The translations under genes were made by a program, and so were the position numbers. The notes beneath the pieces were generated by a model. The model had not been told where the DNA came from, ran no database searches, and was given only the letters and a program-made list of their open reading frames with translations. Below are positions 1-15,000 of a stretch of 64,000 bases of DNA, in pieces; the first letter of the stretch is position 1; every line of letters begins with the position of its first letter. Origin of the DNA: Lingula anatina (Eukaryota; Animalia; Brachiopoda); contig JBPQGU010000016.1 of the NCBI GenBank assembly GCA_051362555.1, positions 4,650,001 to 4,714,000 of the forward strand. Direction: 5' to 3'.

Positions 1-3000
1 ACTCTTCCAGCACTTTATTCTTACTACAAATGACCGAACACACCTACCTGACACTATAATGAAGAAAAAAAATTTTCATCCCTACCTGGCCAAAATTGAA
101 GAAATCTCACAGTGCCGGCACTGTTCAAAATCACTCAAAATCACCAAAAATCGACCCGTCTCCGATTTTTCCAAAAAGTGACGAAAATCAATCTACCACA
201 CCTGTCATTCATAAAAAATGTGGAAACGCGCCCGGGTCACTTCATCAAGGCCCCCAATTCTAGCTTTAAAGATGATCCAAAAATAAGCTCTGAGAACAGA
301 ATCTGAGAGGGGGGGGGGGGAGACAGAGTTTTTGCTCTATTTCTTCCTTAATGTTGACACCACCACTCTTCCAGCACTTTATTCTTACTACAAATGACCG
401 AACACACCTACCTGACACTATAATGAAGAAAAAAAATTTTCATCCCTACCTGGCCAAAATTGAAGAAATCTCACAGTGCCGGCACTGTTCAAAATCACTC
501 AAGATCACCAAAAATCGACCCGTCTCCGATTTTTCCAAAAAGTGACGAAAATCAATCTACCACACCTGTCATTCATAAAAAATGTGGAAACGCGCCCGGG
601 TCACTTCATCAAGGCCCCCAATTCTAGCTTTAAAGATGATCCAAAAATAAGCTCTGAGAACAGAATCTGAGAGGGGGGGGAGACAGAGTTTTTGCTCTAT
701 TTCTTCCTTAATGTTGACACCACCACTCTTCCAGCACTTTATTCTTACTACAAATGACCGAACACACCTACCTGACACTATAATGAAGAAAAAAAATTTT
801 CATCCCTACCTGGCCAAAATTGAAGAAATCTCACAGTGCCGGCACTGTTCAAAATCACTCAAAATCACCAAAAATCGACCCGTCTCCGATTTTTCCAAAA
901 AGTGACGAAAATAAATCTACCACACCTGTCATTCATAAAAAATGTGGAAACGCGCCCGGGTCACTTCATCAAGGCCCCCAATTCTAGCTTTAAAGATGAT
1001 CCAAAAATAAGCTCTGAGAACAGAATCTGAGAGGGGGGGGGGGAGACAGAGTTTTTGCTCTATTTCTTCCTTAATGTTGACACCACCACTCTTCCAGCAC
1101 TTTATTCTTACTACAAATGACCGAACACACCTACCTGACACTATAATGAAGAAAAAAAATTTTCATCCCTACCTGGCCAAAATTGAAGAAATCTCACAGT
1201 GCCGGCACTGTTCAAAATCACTCAAAATCACCAAAAATCGACCACACCTGTCATTCATAAAAAATGTGGAAACGCGCCCGGGTCACTTCATCAAGGCCCC
1301 CAATTCTAGCTTTAAAGATGATCCAAAAATAAGCTCTGAGAACAGAATCTGAGGGGGGGGGGGGAGACAGAGTTTTTGCTCTATTTCTTCCTTAATGTTG
1401 ACACCACCACTCTTCCAGCACTTTATTCTTACTACAAATGACCGAACACACCTACCTGACACTATAATGAAGAAAAAAAATTTTCATCCCTACCTGGCCA
1501 AAATTGAAGAAATCTCACAGTGCAGGCACTGTTCAAAATCACTCAAAATCACCAAAAATCGACCCGTCTCCGATTTTTCCAAAAAGTGACGAAAATCAAT
1601 CTACCACACCTGTCATTCATAAAAAATGTGGAAACGCGCCCGGGTCACTTCATCAAGGCCCCCAATTCTAGCTTTAAAGATGACCAAAAATAAGCTCTGA
1701 GAACAGAATCTGAGAGGGGGGGGGGGGGAGACAGAGTTTTTGCTCTATTTCTTCCTTAATGTTGACACCACCACTCTTCCAGCACTTTATTCTTACTACA
1801 AATGACCGAACACACCTACCTGACACTATAATGAAGAAAAAAAATTTTCATCCCTACCTGGCCAAAATTGAAGAAATCTCACAGTGCCGGCACTGGTCAA
1901 AATCACTCAAAATCACCAAAAATCGACCCGTCTCCGATTTTTCCAAAAAGTGACGAAAATCAATCTACCACACCTGTCATTCATAAAAAATGTGGAAACG
2001 CGCCCGGGTCACTTCATCAAGGCCCCCAATTCTAGCTTTAAAGATGATCCAAAAATAAGCTCTGAGAACAGAATCTGAGAGGGGGGGGGGGGGGAGACAG
2101 AGTTTTTGCTCTATTTCTTCCTTAATGTTGACACCACCACTCTTCCAGCACTTTATTCTTACTACAAATGACCGAACACACCTACCTGACACATTAATGA
2201 AGAAAAAAAATTTTCATCCCTACCTGGCCAAAATTGAAGAAATCTCACAGTGCCGGCACTGTTCAAAATCACTCAAAATCACCAAAAATCGACCCGTCTC
2301 CGATTTTTCCAAAAAGTGACGAAAATCAATCTACCACACCTGTCATTCATAAAAAATGTGGAAACGCGCCCGGGTCACTTCATCAAGGCCCCCAATTCTA
2401 GCTTTAAAGATGATCCAAAAATAAGCTCTGAGAACAGAATCTGAGAGGGGGGGGGGGAGACAGAGTTTTTGCTCTATTTCTTCCTTAATGTTGACACCAC
2501 CACTCTTCCAGCACTTTATTCTTACTACAAATGACCGAACACACCTACCTGACACTATAATGAAGAAAAAAAATTTTCATCCCTACCTGGCCAAAATTGA
2601 AGAAATCTCACAGTGCCGGCACTGTTCAAAATCACTCAAAATCACCAAAAATCGACCCGTCTCCGATTTTTCCAAAAAGTGACGAAAATCAATCTACCAC
2701 ACCTGTCATTCATAAAAAATGTGGAAACGCGCCCGGGTCACTTCATCAAGGCCCCCAATTCTAGCTTTAAAGATGATCCAAAAATAAGCTCTGAGAACAG
2801 AATCTGAGAGGGGGGGGGAGACAGAGTTTTTGCTCTATTTCTTCCTTAATGTTGACACCACCACTCTTCCAGCACTTTATTCTTACTACAAATGACCGAA
2901 CACACCTACCTGACACTATAATGAAGAAAAAAATTTTCATCCCTACCTGGCCAAAATTGAAGAAATCTCACAGTGCCGGCACTGTTCAAAATCACTCAAA

Positions 3001-6000
3001 ATCACCAAAAATCGACCCGTCTCCGATTTTTCCAAAAAGTGACGAAAATCAATCTACCACACCTGTCATTCATAAAAAATGTGGAAACGCGCCCGGGTCA
3101 CTTCATCAAGGCCCCCAATTCTAGCTTTAAAGATGATCCAAAAATAAGCTCTGAGAACAGAATCTGAGAGGGGGGGGGGAGACAGAGTTTTTGCTCTATT
3201 TCTTCCTTAATGTTGACACCACCACTCTTCCAGCACTTTATTCTTACTACAAATGACCGAACACACCTACCTGACACTATAATGAAGAAAAAAAATTTTC
3301 ATCCCTACCTGGCCAAAATTGAAGAAATCTCACAGTGCCGGCACTGTTCAAAATCACTCAAAATCACCAAAAATCGACCCGTCTCCGATTTTTCCAAAAA
3401 GTGACGAAAATCAATCTACCACACCTGTCATTCATAAAAAATGTGGAAACGCGCCCGGGTCACTTCATCAAGGCCCCCAATTCTAGCTTTAAAGATGATC
3501 CAAAAATAAGCTCTGAGAACAGAATCTGAGAGGGGGGGGGAGACAGAGTTTTTGCTCTATTTCTTCCTTAATGTTGACACCACCACTCTTCCAGCACTTT
3601 ATTCTTACTACAAATGACCGAACACACCTACCTGACACTATAATGAAGAAAAAAAATTTTCATCCCTACCTGGCCAAAATTGAAGAAATCTCACAGTGCC
3701 GGCACTGTTCAAAATCACTCAAAATCACCAAAAATCGACCACACCTGTCATTCATAAAAAATGTGGAAACGCGCCCGGGTCACTTCATCAAGGCCCCCAA
3801 TTCTAGCTTTAAAGATGATCCAAAAATAAGCTCTGAGAACAGAATCTGAGGGGGGGGGGGGAGACAGAGTTTTTGCTCTATTTCTTCCTTAATGTTGACA
3901 CCACCACTCTTCCAGCACTTTATTCTTACTACAAATAACCGAACACACCTACCTGACACTATAATGAAGAAAAAAAAATTTCATCCCTACCTGGCCAAAA
4001 TTGAAGAAATCTCACAGTGCCGGCACTGTTCAAAATCACTCAAAATCACCAAAAATCGACCCGTCTCCGATTTTTCCAAAAAGTGACGAAAATCAATCTA
4101 CCACACCTGTCATTCATAAAAAATGTGGAAACGCGCCCGGGTCACTTCATCAAGGCCCCCAATTCTAGCTTTAAAGATGATCCAAAAATAAGCTCTGAGA
4201 ACAGAATCTGAGAGGGGGGGGGGAGACAGAGTTTTTGCTCTATTTCTTCCTTAATGTTGACACCACCACTCTTCCAGCACTTTATTCTTACTACAAATGA
4301 CCGAACACACCTACCTGACACTATAATGAAGAAAAAAAATTTTCATCCCTACCTGGCCAAAATTGAAGAAATCTCACAGTGCCGGCTCTGTTCAAAATCA
4401 CTCAAAATCACCAAAAATCGACCTGTCTCCGATTTTTCCAAAAAGTGACGAAAATCAATCTACTACACCTGTCATTCATAAAAAATGTGGAAACGCACCC
4501 GGGTCACTTCATCAAGGCCCCCAATTCTAGCTTTAAAGATGATCCAAAAATAAGCTCTGAGAACAGAATCTGAGAGGGGGGGGGGGGGGAGACAGAGTTT
4601 TTGCTCTATTTCTTCCTTAATGTTGACACCACCACTCTTCCAGCACTTTATTCTTACTACAAATGACCGAACACACCTACCTGACACTATAATGAAGAAA
4701 AAAAATTTTCATCCCTACCTGGCCAAAATTGAAGAAATCTCACAGTGCCGGCACTGTTCAAAATCACTCAAAATCACCAAAATTCGACCCGTCTCCGATT
4801 TTTCCAAAAAGTGACGAAAATCAATCTACCACACCTGTCATTCATAAAAAATGTGGAAACGCGCCCGGGTCACATCATCAAGGCCCCTAATTCTAGCTTT
4901 AAAGATGATCCAAAAAGCTCTGAGAACAGAATCTGAGAGGGGGGGGGAGACAGAGTTTTTGCTCTATTTCTTCCTTAATGTTGACACCACCACTCTTCCA
5001 GCACTTTATTCTTACTACAAATGACCGAACACACCTACCTGACACTATAATGAAGAAAAAAAATTTTCATCCCTACCTGGCCAAAATTGAAGAAATCTCA
5101 CAGTGCCGGCACTGTTCAAAATCACTCAAAATCACCAAAATTCGACCCGTCTCCGATTTTTCCAAAAAGTGACGAAAATCAATCTACCACACCTGTCATT
5201 CATAAAAAATGTGGAAACGCGCCCGGGTCACATCATCAAGGCCCCTAATTCTAGCTTTAAAGATGATCCAAAAAGCTCTGAGAACAGAATCTGAGAGGGG
5301 GGGGGAGACAGAGTTTTTGCTCTATTTCTTCCTTAATGTTGACACCACCACTCTTCCAGCACTTTATTCTTACTACAAATGACCGAACACACCTACCTGA
5401 CACTATAATGAAGAAAAAAAATTTTCATCCCTACCTGGCCAAAATTGAAGAAATCTCACAGTGCCGGCACTGTTCAAAATCACTCAAAATCACCAAAAAT
5501 CGACCTGTCTCCGATTTTTCCAAAAAGTGACGAAAATCAATCTACTACACCTGTCATTCATAAAAAATGTGGAAACGCACCCGGGTCACTTCATCAAGGC
5601 CCCCAATTCTAGCTTTAAAGATGATCCAAAAATAAGCTCTGAGAACAGAATCTGAGAGGGGGGGGGGGGGGAGACAGAGTTTTTGCTCTATTTCTTCCTT
5701 AATGTTGACACCACCACTCTTCCAGCACTTTATTCTTACTACAAATGACCGAACACACCTACCTGACACTATAATGAAGAAAAAAAATTTTCATCCCTAC
5801 CTGGCCAAAATTGAAGAAATCTCACAGTGCCGGCACTGTTCAAAATCACTCAAAATCACCAAAAATCGACCACACCTGTCATTCATAAAAAATGTGGAAA
5901 CGCGCCCGGGTCACTTCATCAAGGCCCCCAATTCTAGCTTTAAAGATGATCCAAAAATAAGCTCTGAGAACAGAATCTGAGGGGGGGGGGGAGACAGAGT

Positions 6001-9000
6001 TTTTGCTCTATTTCTTCCTTAATGTTGACACCACCACTCTTCCAGCACTTTATTCTTACTACAAAAGACCGAACACACCTACCTGACACTATAATGAAGA
6101 AAAAAAATTTTCATCCCTACCTGGCCAAAATTGAAGAAATCTCACAGTGCCGGCACTGTTCAAAATCACTCAAAATCACCAAAAATCGACCACACCTGTC
6201 ATTCATAAAAAATGTGGAAACGCGCCCGGGTCACTTCATCAAGGCCCCCAATTCTAGCTTTAAAGATGATCCAAAAATAAGCTCTGAGAACAGAATCTGA
6301 GAGGGGGGGGAGACAGAGTTTTTGCTCTATTTCTTCCTTAATGTTGACACCACCACTCTTCCAGCACTTTATTCTTACTACAAATGACCGAACACACCTA
6401 CCTGACACTATAATGAAGAAAAAAAATTTTCATCCCTACCTGGCCAAAATTGAAGAAATCTCACAGTGCCGGCACTGTTCAAAATCACTCAAAATCACCA
6501 AAAATCGACCCGTCTCCGATTTTTCCAAAAAGTGACGAAAATCAATCTACCACACCTGTCATTCATAAAAAATGTGGAAACGCGCCCGGGTCACTTCATC
6601 AAGGCCCCCAATTCTAGCTTTAAAGATGATCCAAAAATAAGCTCTGAGAACAGAATCTGAGAGGGGGGGGAGACAGAGTTTTTGCTCTATTTCTTCCTTA
6701 ATGTTGACACCACCACTCTTCCAGCACTTTATTCTTACTACAAATGACCGAACACACCTACCTGACACTATAATGAAGAAAAAAAATTTTCATCCCTACC
6801 TGGCCAAAATTGAAGAAATCTCACAGTGCCGGCACTGTTCAAAATCACTCAAAATCACCAAAAATCGACCCGTCTCCGATTTTTCCAAAAAGTGACCAAA
6901 ATCAATCTACCACACCTGTCATTCATAAAAAATGTGGAAACGCGCCCGGGTCACTTCATCAAGGCCCCCAATTCTAGCTTAAAAGATGATCCAAAAATAA
7001 GCTCTGAGAACAGAATCTGAGAGGGGGGGGGGGGAGACAGAGTTTTTGCTCTATTTCTTCCTTAATGTTGACACCACCACTCTTCCAGCACTTTATTCTT
7101 ACTACAAATGACCGAACACACCTACCTGACACTATAATGAAGAAAAAAAATTTTCATCCCTACCTGGCCAAAATTGAAGAAATCTCACAGTGCCGGCACT
7201 GTTCAAAATCACTCAAAATCACCAAAAATCGACCACACCTGTCATTCATAAAAAATGTGGAAACGCGCCCGGGTCACTTCATCAAGGCCCCCAATTCTAG
7301 CTTTAAAGATGATCCAAAAATAAGCTCTGAGAACAGAATCTGAGAGGGGGGGGGGGGGGGGGAGACAGAGTTTTTGCTCTATTTCTTCCTTAATGTTGAC
7401 ACCACCACTCTTCCAGCACTTTATTCTTACTACAAATGACCGAACACACCTACCTGACACTATAATGAAGAAAAAAAATTTTCATCCCTACCTGGCCAAA
7501 ATTGAAGAAATCTCACAGTGCCGGCACTGTTCAAAATCACTCAAAATCACCAAAAATCGACCTGTCTCCGATTTTTCCAAAAAGTGACGAAAATCAATCT
7601 ACCACACCTGTCATTCATAAAAAAATGTGGAAACGCGCCCGGGTCACTTCATCAAGGCCCCCAATTCTAGCTTTAAAGATGATCCAAAAATAAGCTCTGA
7701 GAACAGAATCTGAGAGGGGGGGGGGGGGGGAGACAGAGTTTTTGCTCTATTTCTTCCTTAATGTTGACACCACCACTCTTCCAGCACTTTATTCTTACTA
7801 CAAATGACCGAACACACCTACCTGACACTATAATGAAGAAAAAAAATTTTCATCCCTACCTGGCCAAAATTGAAGAAATCTCACAGTGCCGGCACTGTTC
7901 AAAATCACTCAAAATCACCAAAAATCGACCCGTCTCCGATTTTTCCAAAAAGTGACGAAAATCAATCTACCACACCTGTCATTCATAAAAAATGTGGAAA
8001 CGCGCCCGGGTCACTTCATCAAGGCCCCCAATTCTAGCTTTAAAGATGATCCAAAAATAAGCTCTGAGAACAGAATCTGAGAGGGGGGGGGAGACAGAGT
8101 TTTTGCTCTATTTCTTCCTTAATGTTGACACCACCACTCTTCCAGCACTTTATTCTTACTACAAATGACCGAACACACCTACCTGACACTATAATGAAGA
8201 AAAAAAATTTTCATCCCTACCTGGCCAAAATTGAAGAAATCTCACAGTGCCGGCACTGTTCAAAATCACTCAAAATCACCAAAAATCGACCCGTCTCCGA
8301 TTTTTCCAAAAAGTGACGAAAATCAATCTACCACACCTGTCATTCATAAAAAATGTGGAAACGCGCCCGGGTCACTTCATCAAGGCCCCCAATTCTAGCT
8401 TTAAAGATGATCCAAAAATAAGCTCTGAGAACAGAATCTGAGAGGGGGGGGGAGACAGAGTTTTTGCTCTATTTCTTCCTTAATGTTGACACCACCACTC
8501 TTCCAGCACTTTATTCTTACTACAAATGACCGAACACACCTACCTGACACTATAATGAAGAAAAAAAATTTTCATCCCTACCTGGCCAAAATTGAAGAAA
8601 TCTCACAGTGCCGGCACTGTTCAAAATCACTCAAAATCACCAAAAATCGACCCGTCTCCGATTTTTCCAAAAAGTGACGAAAATCAATCTACCACACCTG
8701 TCATTCATAAAAAATGTGGAAACGCGCCCGGGTCACTTCATCAAGGCCCCCAATTCTAGCTTTAAAGATGATCCAAAAATAAGCTCTGAGAACAGAATCT
8801 GAGAGGGGGGGGGAGACAGAGTTTTTGCTCTATTTCTTCCTTAATGTTGACACCACCACTCTTCCAGCACTTTATTCTTACTACAAATGACCGAACACAC
8901 CTACCTGACACTATAATGAAGAAAAAAAATTTTCATCCCTACCTGGCCAAAATTGAAGAAATCTCACAGTGCCGGCACTGTTCAAAATCACTCAAAATCA

Positions 9001-12000
9001 CCAAAATTCGACCCGTCTCCGATTTTTCCAAAAAGTGACGAAAATCAATCTACCACACCTGTCATTCTTAAAAAATGTGGAAACGCGCCCGGGTCACTTC
9101 ATCAAGGCCCCCAATTCTAGCTTTAAAGATGATCCAAAAATAAGCTCTGAGAACAGAATCTGAGAGGGGGGGGGGAGACAGAGTTTTTGCTCTATTTCTT
9201 CCTTAATGTTGACACCACCACTCTTCCAGCACTTTATTCTTACTACAAATGACCGAACACACCTACCTGACACTATAATGAAGAAAAAAAATTTTCATCC
9301 CTACCTGGCCAAAATTGAAGAAATCTCACAGTGCCGGCACTGTTCAAAATCACTCAAAATCACCAAAAATCGACCACACCTGTCATTCATAAAAAATGTG
9401 GAAACGCGCCCGGGTCACTTCATCAAGGCCCCCAATTCTAGCTTTAAAGATGATCCAAAAATAAGCTCTGAGAACAGAATCTTAGAGGGGGGGGAGACAG
9501 AGTTTTTGCTCTATTTCTTCCTTAATGTTGACACCACCACTCTTCCAGCACTTTATTCTTACTACAAATGACCGAACACACCTACCTGACACTATAATGA
9601 AGAAAAAAAATTTTCATCCCTACCTGGCCAAAATTGAAGAAATCTCACAGTGCCGGCACTGTTCAAAATCACTCAAAATCACCAAAAATCGACCCGTCTC
9701 CGATTTTTCCAAAAAGTGACGAAAATCAATCTACCACACCTGTCATTCATAAAAAATGTGGAAACGCGCCCGGGTCACTTCATCAAGGCCCCCAATTCTA
9801 GCTTTAAAGATGATCCAAAAATAAGCTCTGAGAACAGAATCTGAGAGGGGGGGGGGGGAGACAGAGTTTTTGCTCTATTTCTTCCTTAATGTTGACACCA
9901 CCACTCTTCCAGCACTTTATTCTTACTACAAATGACCGAACACACCTACCTGACACTATAATGAAGAAAAAAAATTTTCATCCCTACCTGGCCAAAATTG
10001 AAGAAATCTCACAGTGCCGGCACTGTTCAAAATCACTCAAAATCACCAAAAATCGACCCGTCTCCGATTTTTCCAAAAAGTGACGAAAATCAATCTACCA
10101 CACCTGTCATTCATAAAAAATGTGGAAACGCGCCCGGGTCACTTCATCAAGGCCCCCAATTCTAGCTTTAAAGATGATCCAAAAATAAGCTCTGAGAACA
10201 GAATCTGAGAGGGGGGGGGGGGGGGAGACAGAGTTTTTGCTCTATTTCTTCCTTAATGTTGACACCACCACTCTTCCAGCACTTTATTCTTACTACAAAT
10301 GACCGAACACACCTACCTGACACTATAATGAAGAAAAAAAATTTTCATCCCTACCTGGCCAAAATTGAAGAAATCTCACAGTGCCGGCACTGTTCAAAAT
10401 CACTCAAAATCACCAAAAATCGACCCGTCTCCGATTTTTCCAAAAAGTGACGAAAATCAATCTACCACACCTGTCATTCATAAAAAATGTGGAAACGCGC
10501 CCGGGTCACTTCATCAAGGCCCCCAATTCTAGCTTTAAAGATGATCCAAAAATAAGCTCTGACTACAGAATCTGAGAGGGGGGGGAGACAGAGTTTTTGC
10601 TCTATTTCTTCCTTAATGTTGACACCACCACTCTTCCAGCACTTTATTCTTACTACAAATGACCGAACACACCTACCTGACACTATAATGAAGAAAAAAA
10701 ATTTTCATCCCTACCTGGCCAAAATTGAAGAAATCTCACAGTGCCGGCACTGTTCAAAATCACTCAAAATCACCAAAAATCGACCCGTCTCCGATTTTTC
10801 CAAAAAGTGACGAAAATCAATCTACCACACCTGTCATTCATAAAAAATGTGGAAACGCGCCCGGGTCACTTCATCAAGGCCCCCAATTCTAGCTTTAAAG
10901 ATGATCCAAAAATAAGCTCTGAGAACAGAATCTGAGAGGGGGGGGGGAGACAGAGTTTTTGCTCTATTTCTTCCTTAATGTTGACACCACCACTCTTCCA
11001 GCACTTTATTCTTACTACAAATGACCGAACACACCTACCTGACACTATAATGAAGAAAAAAAATTTTCATCCCTACCTGGCCAAAATTGAAGAAATCTCA
11101 CAGTGCCGGCACTGTTCAAAATCACTCAAAATCACCAAAAATCGACCACACCTGTCATTCATAAAAAATGTGGAAACGCGCCCGGGTCACTTCATCAAGG
11201 CCCCCAATTCTAGCTTTAAAGATGATCCAAAAATAAGCTCTGAGAACAGAATCTGAGAGGGGGGGGGAGACAGAGTTTTTGCTCTATTTCTTCCTTAATG
11301 TTGACACCACCACTCTTCCAGCACTTTATTCTTACTACAAATGACCGAACACACCTACCTGACACTATAATGAAGAAAAAAAATTTTCATCCCTACCTGG
11401 CCAAAATTGAAGAAATCTCACAGTGCCGGCACTGTTCAAAATCACTCAAAATCACCAAAAATCGACCCGTCTCCGATTTTTCCAAAAAGTGACGAAAATC
11501 AATCTACCACACCTGTCATTCATAAAAAATGTGGAAACGCGCCCGGGTCACTTCATCAAGGCCCCCAATTCTAGCTTTAAAGATGATCCAAAAATAAGCT
11601 CTGAGAACAGAATCTGAGAGGGGGGGGAGACAGAGTTTTTGCTCTATTTCTTCCTTAATGTTGACACCACCACTCTTCCAGCACTTTATTCTTACTACAA
11701 ATGACCGAACACACCTACCTGACACTATAATGAAGAAAAAAAATTTTCATCCCTACCTGGCCAAAATTGAAGAAATCTCACAGTGCCGGCACTGTTCAAA
11801 ATCACTCAAAATCACCAAAAATCGACCCGTCTCCGATTTTTCCAAAAAGTGACGAAAATCAATCTACCACACCTGTCATTCATAAAAAATGTGGAAACGC
11901 GCCCGGGTCACTTCATCAAGGCCCCCAATTCTAGCTTTAAAGATGATCCAAAAATAAGCTCTGAGAACAGAATCTGAGAGGGGGGGGGGAGACAGAGTTT

Positions 12001-15000
12001 TTGCTCTATTTCTTCCTTAATGTTGACACCACCACTCTTCCAGCACTTTATTCTTACTACAAATAACCGAACACACCTACCTGACACTATAATGAAGAAA
12101 AAAAATTTTCATCCCTACCTGGCCAAAATTGAAGAAATCTCACAGTGCCGGCACTGTTCAAAATCACTCAAAATCACCAAAAATCGACCCGTCTCCGATT
12201 TTTCCAAAAAGTGACGAAATTCAATCTACCACACCTGTCATTCATAAAAAATGTGGAAACGCGCCCGGGTCACTTCATCAAGGCCCCCAATTCTAGCTTT
12301 AAAGATGATCCAAAAATAAGCTCTGAGAACAGAATCTGAGAGGGGGGGAGACAGAGTTTTTGCTCTATTTCTTCCTTAATGTTGACACCACCACTCTTCC
12401 AGCACTTTATTCTTACTACAAATGACAGAACACACCTACCTGACACTATAATGAAGAAAAAAAATTTTCATCCCTACCTGGCCAAAATTGAAGAAATCTC
12501 ACAGTGCCGGCACTGTTCAAAATCACTCAAAATCACCAAAAATCGACCCGTCTCCGATTTTTCCAAAAAGTGACGAAAATCAATCTACCACACCTGTCAT
12601 TCATAAAAAATGTGGAAACGCGCCCGGGTCACTTCATCAAGGCCCCCAATTCTAGCTTTAAAGATGATCCAAAAATAAGCTCTGAGAACAGAATCTGAGA
12701 GGGGGGGAGACAGAGTTTTTGCTCTATTTCTTCCTTAATGTTGACACCACCACTCTTCCAGCACTTTATTCTTACTACAAATGACAGAACACACCTACCT
12801 GACACTATAATGAAGAAAAAAAAATTTCATCCCTACCTGGCCAAAATTGAAGAAATCTCACAGTGCCGGCACTGTTCAAAATCACTCAAAATCACCAAAA
12901 ATCGACCCGTCTCCGATTTTTCCAAAAAGTGACGAAAATCAATCTACCACACCTGTCATTCATAAAAAATGTGGAAACGCGCCCGGGTCACTTCATCAAG
13001 GCCCCCAATTCTAGCTTTAAAGATGATCCAAAAATAAGCTCTGAGAACAGAATCTGAGAGGGGGGGGGGGGGAGACAGAGTTTTTGCTCTATTTCTTCCT
13101 TAATGTTGACACCACCACTCTTCCAGCACTTTATTCTTACTACAAATGACCGAACACACCTACCTGACACTATAATGAAGAAAAAAAATTTTCATCCCTA
13201 CCTGGCCAAAATTGAAGAAATCTCACAGTGCTGGCACTGTTCAAAATCACTCAAAATCACCAAAAATCGACCCGTCTCCGATTTTTCCAAAAAGTGACGA
13301 AAATCAATCTACCACACCTGTCATTCATAAAAAATGTGGAAACGCGCCCGGGTCACTTCATCAAGGCCCCCAATTCTAGCTTTAAAGATGATCCAAAAAT
13401 AAGCTCTGAGAACAGAATCTGAGAGGGGGGGGGGGAGACAGAGTTTTTGCTCTATTTCTTCCTTAATGTTGACACCACCACTCTTCCAGCACTTTATTCT
13501 TACTACAAATGACCGAACACACCTACCTGACACTATAATGAAGAAAAAAAATTTTCATCCCTACCTGGCCAAAATTGAAGAAATCTCACAGTGCCGGCAC
13601 TGTTCAAAATCACTCAAAATCACCAAAAATCGACCCGTCTCCGATTTTTCCAAAAAGTGACGAAAATCAATCTACCACACCTGTCATTCATAAAAAATGT
13701 GGAAACGCGCCCGGGTCACTTCATCAAGGCCCCCAATTCTAGCTTTAAAGATGATCCAAAAATAAGCTCTGAGAACAGAATCTGAGAGGGGGGGGGAGAC
13801 AGAGTTTTTGCTCTATTTCTTCCTTAATGTTGACACCACCACTCTTCCAGCACTTTATTCTTACTACAAATGACCGAACACACCTACCTGACACTATAAT
13901 GAAGAAAAAAAATTTTCATCCCTACCTGGCCAAAATTGAAGAAATCTCACAGTGCCGGCACTGTTCAAAATCACTCAAAATCACCAAAAATCGACCCGTC
14001 TCCGATTTTTCCAAAAAGTGACGAAAATCAATCTACCACACCTGTCATTCATAAAAAATGTGGAAACGCGCCCGGGTCACTTCATCAAGGCCCCCAATTC
14101 TAGCTTTAAAGATGATCCAAAAATAAGCTCTGAGAACAGAATCTGAGAGGGGGGGGGGAGACAGAGTTTTTGCTCTATTTCTTCCTTAATGTTGACACCA
14201 CCACTCTTCCAGCACTTTATTCTTACTACAAATAACCGAACACACCTACCTGACACTATAATGAAGAAAAAAAATTTTCATCCCTACCTGGCCAAAATTG
14301 AAGAAATCTCACAGTGCCGGCACTGTTCAAAATCACTCAAAATCACCAAAAATCGACCCGTCTCCGATTTTTCCAAAAAGTGACGAAATTCAATCTACCA
14401 CACCTGTCATTCATAAAAAATGTGGAAACGCGCCCGGGTCACTTCATCAAGGCCCCCAATTCTAGCTTTAAAGATGATCCAAAAATAAGCTCTGAGAACA
14501 GAATCTGAGAGGGGGGAGACAGAGTTTTTGCTCTATTTCTTCCTTAATGTTGACACCACCACTCTTCCAGCACTTTATTCTTACTACAAATGACAGAACA
14601 CACCTACCTGACACTATAATGAAGAAAAAAAATTTTCATCCCTACCTGGCCAAAATTGAAGAAATCTCACAGTGCCGGCACTGTTCAAAATCACTCAAAA
14701 TCACCAAAAATCGACCCGTCTCCGATTTTTCCAAAAAGTGACGAAAATCAATCTACCACACCTGTCATTCATAAAAAATGTGGAAACGCGCCCGGGTCAC
14801 TTCATCAAGGCCCCCAATTCTAGCTTTAAAGATGATCCAAAAATAAGCTCTGAGAACAGAATCTGAGAGGGGGGGAGACAGAGTTTTTGCTCTATTTCTT
14901 CCTTAATGTTGACACCACCACTCTTCCAGCACTTTATTCTTACTACAAATGACAGAACACACCTACCTGACACTATAATGAAGAAAAAAAATTTTCATCC

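Noticed and set aside
150-250. CENP-B box in the monomer (CCCG-containing segments)
   Set aside because: Neither cccgtctccgattt nor cccgggtcacttcat supplies the required CCCGnnTnnnnCGAA core.
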